Source: Nemertoderma westbladi
Taxonomy: Eukaryota; Animalia; Xenacoelomorpha
Reading direction: 5' to 3'
Length of the DNA: 64,000 nucleotides
Assembly (NCBI GenBank): GCA_032718475.1
Contig: JAUCBJ010000042.1
Span: 7,424-71,423 of the forward strand
The first letter of the stretch is position 1. Each line of letters starts with the position of its first letter. A program made the translations under genes and the position numbers. Shown piece by piece: positions 54,359 through 64,000 of this stretch. The notes beneath the pieces were generated by a model. The model saw only the letters and a program-made list of their open reading frames with translations. It was not told the origin of the DNA and ran no database searches.

Positions 54359-55084
54359 TGCTGATGTCAAAAATATGTTAGGATAATAATTCCAAAGATA
54401 GATACCATCACAAGAAGGTAAATTTTAAAAAAGTTATAAATTTCGCAAATAAAATATATAAATGTTTGCAATAACTTTCACTAATTTTTTTAGCTTTTCG
54501 TTCAATAGATGTCAAAACTAAAATATAATATAATGGATATATACGATATGAATAACAAAGTGGGTAATTTTATTAATATTAACAAATATCATATTAAAGT
54601 GATGACACGTGTTATTCTGTCGTACTAGTAGTCATTTGAGTGAGAGTAAAGAATTCATATGTCCTACACAATTACCAAAAACTTTATAGTTATTGAAAGT
54701 CAAAATATATTGACAAATTATATCGAACTTGCTTACTACTGTAGTAGTATACAAGTTCCATATAATTTGTCAATATTTTGATTCCATATATTCCATGTAT
54801 ACAATAATTAGGGGCGAACCGAGTCTGACAATATAATTAAATTCAATGATTGTAACCGGTAAACTAATAATATTATCACATAATATATTAATATTCTTAA
54901 TAGTAAATTCATAATACGTACAAAATCCTATGATACTAAAATTAAAATAGCTTTGGTGCATACTGTGAGAAACAGATAGGGAGGGAGGGGGGGGGGGGGG
55001 GGGAGGGGGGGGGGGGACTGGACGCAATAAAAATTCATCCCTCTCCAGGGGAAATTCGACGACACCCCAATTGGCGTCCTGGAA

Positions 55085-57590
55085 TATAGTGTCTTTATTC
55101 AGGTACCCCCCCCCCCCCCCCCCGTAATGAGATTGCATGAAATTTGAAACGAAAGTGTTTGAAAAAGTGTCTCCGGCGACATTTCACCAGTTACACTGCA
55201 ATTATTCTTCAACCTTATAGTGGCAACCTTAAAGCTGGCCATGTAAGGATTCTAAAAAAATCAAAACATTTGAATTTGGTTGGGAAATAGCTGATATATG
55301 GGCATTCGAACGTTGCATGTATTTAGTTTCCAATTCAGCTATTATTATTATATTTAATAAATATACTCTCATATTCTGGAACAATTGTTTATTACATACC
55401 ATGTAGCTGAGCGAGCAGCAATGCATACCTCTTTAATCATACCTCTTTAATGCAGATTGTGATGTAATATGTATGTGATTGGTGATATCATTAAATGCGC
55501 CCTCAATATTGGTAAATTGCCTACACAATTTGGCGACACATCCATGACATACCTATATAAGGACAAAGGAAAATACATTAATATGGGTGGTTCCTACCGT
55601 CCTATTAGCTCGATCAGTGTTTTTGCGAAAATTTTCGAGTCACTTATATTGAGGAACTACTTGGATTGCTTAGTTTTAGAAAATAGTGACGCACAGGTGG
55701 CATACAAACAAAGTATCGGTGCCGACTTAGTGGTAGCAACAGCACTGGAATTAATCGAGTGTCAACGACAGCGTGGAGAAATAATGTTTATCTGTCAGAT
55801 GGATATACAAGATGGGTTTGATAATATCGACCATTTAAAGCTATTTTATAAACTCTCTACCCGAATGAACCCACATATATGCCGCTTGTTGATTGAATAT
55901 TATTCTATCAGCAGGATCTTCTTTAGGTTTGGCAGCGAAATAGATGTCAACGGGTTTTATATCAAACGTGGTGTAAAACAAGGGTCACTGATTTCACCTC
56001 ACCTCTTCAACTTCTACCTGACGGATATGTGCAAACATCTGCAAGCAAAGGGATTTGGTTGCCATAGCAACAACACCTGCATTATAGATGCTGATGATAT
56101 ACTGTTATTATGTAATAATCCTGCTGAAGTTGAATTAATGGCGACTGAAATTAACTCTGAATTACAGAAGCTGGGATTGCGAATAGAAATAGACAAAACA
56201 AAGTGGATGACTGCAGCTAGAGACGACAAAGAGACAACACCTTGTATTATTAATATAAACGGAACATTAATTCCAGCCTCCCCAACAATCAAGTTTTTAG
56301 GATACAAGCTATATTCTAGAATTCATGACATATATAATGACTGTTAAAGTCGATAGTAATACTATCCGAGACATTCCATAGGGCTGGTTGGAATGCAAAA
56401 CTGCTGAAAACAGACGACATTGCAACACTTTGGAAGTCTTATGCATTACCTGCAATCCCTTTGCATTCAACCTTGGAGCGTTAACAGAAAGTCAAAGGAA
56501 TTTTATAAACACCAATAACCGGAAAACATTGCGCCCTTTACTATTTCTCGGTAACTCTACCATTCTTTCCTTATCTGACACGAATGATTTAGATGTGGAA
56601 GCTTTCCGATCAGCAGCGCGTCACTAATTCGTGCTAATAAATGTCCTAATCAAACGATACAAAAAGCTCTCAAAAGCAATCTGCTGCTGAAAGATGTAAC
56701 CCGCAATTATAAGGGCTTAGGTTCTACTTTTTGAAAATGTCTCAGAGAATTCCCGTGCCCCACTTTAAAATCCATGGTTTATTACGAATATTCGAAAAAT
56801 AAAATTCTAGAAAGTATACTGTAACTAAAGGGACCAGCATCGACAAATGATATGAATAACACGGATTTTATTAAAGCCACATTCGAACTGTCAGGATTCT
56901 CATTTGGTCGGAAGCACGAGAAGATCTTGGAATATTTTGGAATCGACTCAAGTGACGGAACGGTTTAACACGTTAAGCGCGGATTTCTAACCTCAATTGG
57001 TTTGAACCAGTTTTTATTACCTAACTATAATTTAAGCAAAGATTAACTTTTATTAGTTCGCCGGCTGATTTGTATTCGTTACTTTAAACTTTTAAAACTA
57101 ACTTTCTATGTTCACTGACACATTATCTTATATCAACTTGATTGATTAAATATATTGAAATTGAATTGAATCATACTATTACGAAGCTATTTATAGATTA
57201 ACAAAATGTTCTAGAATATAGTATTTTTATTTAATAAAATAAAACAGCCTATGCAACTTTTTAACGCTCATATCTCAGCTATTTTACGAAAAAATTCAGA
57301 TTGTGTTACATATTTGGAATCCTTCCTTGGCCAGCTTTCTAGCAGCATTCAGCAATACCACCACTATAAGGTCGAGAATTAACTGCAGTGAATTAAAAAT
57401 AAAGTTAAATGAACTGTTGAAACATCGGCGGACACACCTTTTTTCAAATGCTTGTTCCTAAAAATTGAAAGCAAAAATAAAAATTGTGGCTCACCCACTA
57501 AAACGTAGGTGAAACTATCTATGTTTCAAATTTCATGTAATCTCATAGGGGGGGGGGGGGGGGGGGGGGGGGATTAACTGAATAACGACA
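55085..57590. mobile_element. Degenerate long-TIR/foldback element enclosing a LINE RT fragment
   Basis: Poly-C...ATGAGATTGCATGAAATTTGAAAC and CACTGCA...ACCTTATAGTGG on the left are mirrored by CCACTATAAGGT...TGCAGTG and GTTTCAAATTTCATGTAATCTCAT...poly-G on the right. Limits are approximate. Confidence 0.65.
55440..57170 (+). mobile_element. 5'-truncated non-LTR retrotransposon (RT ORF 55469-56347, degraded C-terminus)
   Basis: SYRPISSISVFAKIFE, QVAYK, MDIQDGFDNIDH, GVKQGSLISPHLFNFY, ADDILLL and IKFLG. The 3' end is AT-rich, near ATTAAA...(ATTGA)n at ~57150. Confidence 0.8.
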
Positions 57591-58113
57591 TGGTGTACTA
57601 ATGATATAAATAATATCAACAACATTCAGAGATTGTTACATATTTGGAATCCTTTTGACACAAGTTTTCCAATGATATAAATAAATCACGACTAAATGTT
57701 AAGAAAGGCCGCGATACGAAGGACGTGCGAATTCGCAAAATACACTTTCTTAAAACTCTTATTAAAAAAACTTTAAGGCAAATTCGGAAATTCCGGCTTC
57801 ATGGTAACAACCACGGCGAGTTGAACTAGTTGTGTTTCAAATTTCAAGCAATATGATAAACATTTGTAGAAAAATTTGGGGGGGGGGGGGGGGGTGGGTC
57901 CGTGTCATCAGAAAATGACACTATTTTATGGGTCAAGGTGTAATTCAATTAAACAATTAAATCATCAACTAATTAACTTCTCCGCAAATTTTTAGTAATT
58001 TACGGGCTATTTTTTCTGTTAACAAATCCCTCATGCACACAGACACCACAAATAAAGAAACCTTCCCCAACAATCAGTATAATAGTTCTACCGAATACAG
58101 CTTGAGCTTTTGG

Positions 58114-58239
58114 TTAGGCTTTCATCAAGGAGTTGACAACAGATTTCACGTTGAGATTGCGGAGATCAGTGTAGGTCTGTCCAGTGCCGACAAACACAAT
58201 GGGTTTGACCGGTGGTATACGTCATTGATATAGCAGCAC
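58114..58239 (-). CDS. SRPRA: SRP receptor alpha, terminal exon (apparent +1 frameshift at ~58205)
   Basis: Acceptor CAG, then [12 protein letters not shown], one extra base, then [29 protein letters not shown], the conserved SRalpha C-terminus. Confidence 0.9.
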
Positions 58240-60019
58240 CTGTATTAAAGACAATATAGTAGGACTAATGACCGGGTGTTCACTGTTCAAAGATGTCATC
58301 TAAAACAAGGTCAACGACCAGCGGATAAGGCGACTAAGGTCAGAGTAAGTGCGTTTGAATGTCTGTGAATTGATATGCAGAAGAATACTGCGCAGGTTGC
58401 ATGGAGTAAGATTCAATGCTCTTATTGAGCCTTATACAATCTCGGTAGTAACATCTTATTACCAAAGCAAGCAGCACCCTAAAGGTACGACGGAGGAGTC
58501 TCATCCAGTCACTGTAATGAATTAGGGATATCCAAGGGTGGTCTCGCACTGTGTCGCGCACAGGATTTGGAGACGGTGATGCATTATAATGGTGAGGCGC
58601 ATATGAATATGTAGGCCTACCAAGTAACTGGGAGGAACTACTCTAATAACTAAACTGGTTCGAAACACGAAACGGCCTTTATCGATTAATATTAATGGAT
58701 TTCATTTTATCACCGCCGAACTGAAAGAAAATCAATTATATTGCTATTGGAGCTTTAGATCGCATGATTGCATGAAATCTGTATCCAGAACAACAGATAA
58801 GCTAGGAAAGCATGATCCAGGGTACTGTTTACACTCACTTACTGCATACAAGTGAGTCCCCGTTGCATACATACATCTCATTGCCAAAAGAATGTATGAA
58901 TACCTAATCAGGTCTTGATGGCATCGTTCTGGAGATTTTAATCAGTTCCTCGAAGTTGCACTAATTCAGTCCGCAGTCTCAGTCATTAATTGAGAGAACC
59001 AGTAAGAGCGAGATATTGTATTGTAGGGCGAGCCACGAAGTTGGCGGAGCCTTAGTGACCTGACACTGTTAGGGGGGTGGGCCAATAATGGCAAATAGTT
59101 GTCGTTGTCTGCGTTACCATTTTAACATGCTAATAACTTTGTCGCATTTAATGCTGTCGAGTTGAAAATTTGTAGGCAACCATAAGACCAAAAGTTGGGC
59201 TTTCTGACACCATCAGTTCAACAGTCTCCCGCTAGAGGACTATACATGTCAATTAAATTCTCTCTCATTTCTTTGTTTTTAATCCGTACAAGCTGAAACT
59301 TTGTACTATACCATCGGTTGTGGAATTCATAGTGGATTAATCCGTCCGCAGTTCTCTTGTCTGCCGCAAGAGGGAGAAATGTATGAAAGTGAAAACTTCC
59401 ACAATTTTCTTGATTTTTATTCGCTTAACCTGAAACTTGGCATATATGTGCTAGACAACTGGCTGCTTCTTTGTGGGACGGATCTCCATCTACACTTCTA
59501 CAGTTTGCCGCTAGAGGTGGTAATGTCTGAGAGTGAAAACCTTCTCGCATTTTGTTATTTGTTATCCTTTTAAGCTAAAACTTGGCACTTATACTTGCTA
59601 GATCGTAGACCATCAATAGGTTGCGTCTATGTTTGGCCACTAGTCCCTCGGCAGTTCTAGTTCTCCAGTCTACCGCTAGTGGGATGAAATGAGAACATTT
59701 TAGAAATTTCTGAAATGAAAACCTTCAGCCATTACGTATTATTGTTTATAATGCTTTCTTCCTGATTGTTACCTGTCACATCTATTCTAGACCACAGAGT
59801 TTTTGTGAGGTCGGAGGGGGAGGTGGGAGGGGGAGGGGGGGGGGGGGGGGGGGGGGGGAGGGGGTGACATAAAAAACGTTATTTTTTAGCACAGTCAATG
59901 TGGCCTACAAGGCCTACAAGGCCTACAAGGGACTATTACGGAAAGGGCCCTGTCTAACAAGACATTTGAACAGGCTGCTTCTCTTGGTGTTTTTCAAATT
60001 TAAAGGAGAACAAAATTTT

Positions 60020-60395
60020 GACGGGATCATGGATCCGGAAGTCAGGATACTTATGGGGAAGACATATAGGCAGTCTGAATAATGAGGAATCTCAAGATTT
60101 GATTATTTAGGGCAGCAGCAGAACCAGTACTCCTACATGTGAGTTCATCCTGGGACTACTGACGATACCAAATTTTTGGATGGCACAAGATTGCTACGCC
60201 ACGTTCATTGTGTCAAGTACAATGCACACATCTCCAAACAGACACTATACACCATTGAAGGTGTCTCATTGGTCCCCCCAAGCTTGACACTAGAACAAAG
60301 CCGCCTCCGCGTTGAGGACATTACTTTCCTCGTCTAACGGAGTGAATAAGAATGGCGGACAGCCCATGACTTTCCTGAGACGCCTTTTAAAGGAC
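60020..60395 (+). mobile_element. Degraded RTE LINE fragment in an SRPRA intron
   Basis: GGGATCATGGATCCGGAAGTCAGG...CATTGTGTCAAGTACAATGCACACATC...GGACAGCCCATGACTTTC matches the RTE family in this window. Confidence 0.8.
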
Positions 60396-60424
60396 AAGCG
60401 TAAACTGAAACAAACAACACTTAC

Positions 60425-60596
60425 CAACTTTATCATCGATGGTATCAAACTTAGTAAGGACAATGCCATCAATGAGTCTGGGGTCTGCGCTCGTCGAGTT
60501 GTCGGCTAAAGCTTGATTGAACTTAACGAGTTGATCAACAGCTTCATTACCAACCAAAGCTTCTCCAACAAACAGCACCATGTTGGGTTCATTGAC
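60425..60596 (-). CDS. SRPRA: SRP receptor alpha, penultimate exon
   Basis: TAG|[30 protein letters not shown]...[16 protein letters not shown](G)|GTAAGT; contains the G4 motif TKFD. Confidence 0.95.
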
Positions 60597-60718
60597 CTAA
60601 GAGATAAACGCAAACAAAATAACAGCACCATGTTGTGATGAATCACAACACCTCAGCGACAACGCCCTTATGGTAATTTTGGAAATCAGCGTTAAGATTT
60701 CTACAGTTTTTTACTAAC

Positions 60719-60891
60719 CTTAATAAGTTTCGATAATGCTCTCATGAGAGGCTCGTTATCCTGCATCCTGCCGGCGGTATCTATTAAACAAACATCCATT
60801 CGTTGTTCACCAGCAAAGCGAATTGCTTCCATGGCGATACCGGCAGCGTCTTTACCGTAACCTTTCTCGTACAACTGTACCATCAGTTTAC
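60719..60891 (-). CDS. SRPRA: SRP receptor alpha, internal exon
   Basis: CAG|(G)[23 protein letters not shown]...[23 protein letters not shown]|GTTAGT; contains the G3 motif DTAGR. Phases are compatible with the next exons. Confidence 0.95.
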
Positions 60892-60939
60892 CTGTGAACG
60901 AAGAAACACATAGGAACATATTCGCTTGATTCAGACACT

Positions 60940-61590
60940 ACAGTAGCAACGGGCCTAGTGAAGGAATCGTATGGTAAACCAGGGTCAACTAAGAATAAAC
61001 TCATTACCATCTCTTCGGCTCTGGAAAAGTTTCGTTTTAATCTAGTTGAGATTTATTACAGTATGGATGTTCCATGGTTTTGGCCAATATGAGAACTCAT
61101 ATATCTATAGACCCCTGCCCAAAAGACGGATCGTGACCCACATAATATGGGGGGTGTATATAGACCATTGTATGGGATGTTCCTATCGAGTATGGACCAG
61201 TTTCGTTTAATTGTAGTCGAGATTTATCGAGTTTCAGTTTCTGCCAATCAGAGCGTCCCAATCCTAGACCCCCATCCCAACACGGTCGTGGCCCAGGGTG
61301 TTGAGACTAAGATGTGGCGTGTTCCTAGCGAGTACGGACGATAATTATAGTCGAGATTTATCGAGTTTCAGTTTCGGCCACTCAGAGCGTCTCATTCGTA
61401 GACCACTCGCCCCTTGGGTCTGAAAATTTGCGAGTTACCTTACATTTTGGTCCTATGCATCTATGGGTCAAAAAATGTGGAAAATCATTAGAGCCGTTTT
61501 AAATTTGATCAGTCACTCACTCGGTCATTGTCAACACGGTTTAATTTCTAGGATTCCTTACAGAAAGTGACTTGGCGGTTCCTAAAAATA
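60940..61590 (-). mobile_element. Possible Helentron-associated non-autonomous element (DINE-1/HINE-like)
   Basis: Subterminal inverted AAGGAATC (60961) and GATTCCTT (61552); minus-strand start TTTTTAGGAACC with a short (GAGT)n tract; internal direct repeat TAGTCGAGATTTATCGAGTTTCAGTTT. Confidence 0.45.
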
Positions 61591-62206
61591 ATCAACAATT
61601 GAATCTATGGCTTTTATCGTCAAGGTTGCAATTTTTATTTTTAGCATAATCTTGTAGAGCGATTGATTGATTGGATTCCAGCTAACGAATAGAGAGCCAC
61701 GTAACCATAGCTACTGTAAATACTGTGGAACTCAAATTCTAATAATGGAGGCCAATTTAAAAACCCTACCAGCCAGCGCAGCTGTCAGCTAATTCAGACC
61801 TACGACTTCTGCTGTTCTCTCCTCTGACCTCTACTACAGTACTAACTGAAAGTACATGTACTGTTGTACTGTAGTTGTACTCTTGAAGTAGCCTACTGGC
61901 CTACTGCAGTTGCGTTGCGGTCTACCCAATGACTACTGAAGTAGTCCTTGACTTGAGTGACTCACTACTCAGTAGTCCTTGGGTCTACCATAAATAGTAA
62001 TACTGTGCAATAGTCTGATAGTGGAGTGGTTTCTAACTTTCTATGCTACTGTTTTTTGCTACTACCTACTGCAGGGTACTGACATAGGCCTACCTAACAC
62101 TCATTGCAAATGTGCTGAAGTACAGCACTGAAACATGGCATAGCCCTGCCTATGCTATATGAATATCGATTTGGTAGTTATGTACGACCTTTCCCGTCAG
62201 CGTCAG

Positions 62207-62261
62207 AACGACACAGCATTCTTAATAATGCAGCTGCAATGCAGCATGCCGATCCTAGTAG
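62207..62261 (+). mobile_element. 55-bp extreme 3' end of the RTE LINE with a 15-bp TSD
   Basis: TCCCGTCAGCGTCAG at 62192-62206 and 62262-62276 flanks CACAGCATTCTTAA...GCAGCTGCAATGCAGCATGCCGATCCTAGTAG. Confidence 0.88.
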
Positions 62262-62705
62262 TCCCGTCAGCGTCAGGAATATACAACATTACATTTACAC
62301 TGTTACACGGGGGCCTATGACAATTGACAATAGCATACGGCAGTACGAGTACGGGCTGACGGGGCCTACCGCAACCGAGACAGTCCAATAGTGGGACGGT
62401 CGTATTTTAATGATCACTTGGTAGGGATGGAATAATACTACAGTACTACCGGTAGTACTACAGTACTATAGTCTGATAATAGCTGCTGTGGTGGTTGGCT
62501 GCTTTAGGTAGTTAGGCACCCTAAACAAACACCCTATTTCACCCTATTTAATACTGAAATATATGCCTAAATTCTAACCTCTAGGCCTATGAGTCAAATT
62601 TTATATTACAGTATTATTAGTCATCATCAGTGGTTCCTCTAACTAAAATATATTGTGGTGTGCTAAAATTATTCAATATTGTTCAGCCATCCGATAGACA
62701 ATACA

Positions 62706-63407
62706 ATGGGAACCCTTCCGCTAAAGTTTTTCTTCGACTCGATGTCGCCAATGTCACGTCCAGTTGGAATATTTATGAAGAAAAACAAAATAACCTACGA
62801 GAAAAAAATAGTGAACCTTATAAAGAATGAGCAGTTTAGTGAGTGGTATTCCAAGATTAATCCCAAGAATCAAGTCCCAGCAATACAGGAGGCGGACGGT
62901 TTTATACTGACGGAATCCTCTTCCATACTGAGGTATTTGTCTCGGCAATACAAAGTGGACGACCACTGGTACCCGGAAAACGATATTAAGTTAGTCGCCA
63001 AAATAGATGAAGCTATTTCGGCCTGCCAGAGCTCCTTGCTCCCACGGGGTCACGCGTTGTTCCAATACGCGTTCGTAAAACCCGCCACAGACGGAACCGA
63101 GGTAGAGCCTCGTGTAATGGAAACAATGGTCAACGGTTTCAATGCGGCTGTAGATAATTACATTAATATGCAATTCGAAAAGGATAACTTATACTTAGTT
63201 TCAAATGATATAACCATTGCGGACTTGATGTTCACGGCTTTAAACCAGTTTTGGCTCATCGATATTGATTGGACAGATAGAAACCCCAAAGTAAAGGAAT
63301 GGTACTTACGGGTGAGGGAAAGGTGTAATCCGGAATTCGATGAAATCAATAAACAGCTTTACCAAGTCGCTAACATGTTGGGAAAGAAATGTGTCGGTAT
63401 CGATTAA
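62706..63407 (+). CDS. Glutathione S-transferase, theta-class-like, 233 aa, intronless CDS
   Basis: LKFFFDSMSPMSRPV (catalytic Ser position), INPKNQVPAI, DGFILTESSSILRYL, DHWYP and ITIADL. First ATG at 62706; an acceptor-like TGTTCAG ends at 62686. Confidence 0.9.
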   Translation: MGTLPLKFFFDSMSPMSRPVGIFMKKNKITYEKKIVNLIKNEQFSEWYSKINPKNQVPAIQEADGFILTESSSILRYLSRQYKVDDHWYPENDIKLVAKIDEAISACQSSLLPRGHALFQYAFVKPATDGTEVEPRVMETMVNGFNAAVDNYINMQFEKDNLYLVSNDITIADLMFTALNQFWLIDIDWTDRNPKVKEWYLRVRERCNPEFDEINKQLYQVANMLGKKCVGID

Positions 63408-64000
63408 TTTAATAATTATATATTTACAAATTTATAACATTAATAACCATTAAAAATTGAATATATTTATAGTTCTGTACTGGTGTACATTGTCCGTACT
63501 TTACCATACTATTATAATTATATCATATTGGTATTCCTCTGTTGTTCCAGTTCCAGGCAATTTGTGTCTGTCTTAACATAACAGTACACTGTACAGTTAA
63601 TTTACTATTAATATTATGTATTCTGTACAAATTAGTTTAGTTGTAACTCTTAAATCAATATCACGATATTAAAATTATACGCTTCGCCCCGGTCCTACCA
63701 CATAACTCACTTAAGCCTGTGGGTGTTTGTGTGTCAATGTGGGTGTTTACAATTACAACTACTACAATGGTGGGAATTACTGTATGGTGCTACACGCTGT
63801 TCAACCACCACGCATACATGCATACATTCCACTCATACATATAACCAATAACCCAACCATAAATATAGAAAACTGTTCCTTCCAGAAAGTAACAGAGGAT
63901 AGCCTGCGATGTTCTATAGTGAGAATTATTTTCTGCAGATTACACATTGGTGGGTGTGGGGAGAGGGGGGCAATCAGATCAGTATACGATGGTTCGAAAA

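Noticed and set aside
59020-59720. Repeat element with recurring CCGCTAG(A/T)GG units in the SRPRA intron
   Set aside because: Probably a decayed non-autonomous element, but its termini could not be defined, so it was not annotated.

Overview
This is an AT-rich, repeat-dense eukaryotic window, most likely from an invertebrate animal; it is not prokaryotic. Recognisable host genes are a two-exon RELCH/KIAA1468 (9699-13866, +), the last three exons of SRP receptor alpha (SRPRA, -, with an apparent 1-bp frameshift in the last exon), and an intronless theta-class GST (+) that probably lies inside an SRPRA intron. A 104-aa acidic orphan ORF sits at 20584. The centre (about 21.1-49.2 kb) is a nearly C-free, purine-rich GGGAATGTGGGAAGAT/AGATAGAAAGGTGGAT satellite interrupted by four retroelements: a solo LTR, an RTE LINE, a LINE truncated at both ends, and a 13.2-kb BEL/Pao LTR element. 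The BEL/Pao element has near-identical 1.18-kb LTRs and a 5-bp TSD. It lacks RT and integrase, has a duplicated protease region around an inverted foreign LTR piece, and shows no tRNA-type PBS; instead 11 nt after the LTR match the LTR interior (possible self-priming). The rest is degraded LINEs, non-autonomous TIR/foldback elements, minisatellites and palindromes, plus many TACAGTA/TAGGCCTA/TACCGGTA words that resemble transposon excision footprints and cluster upstream of genes. All alignments and counts were done by eye and no database was searched.
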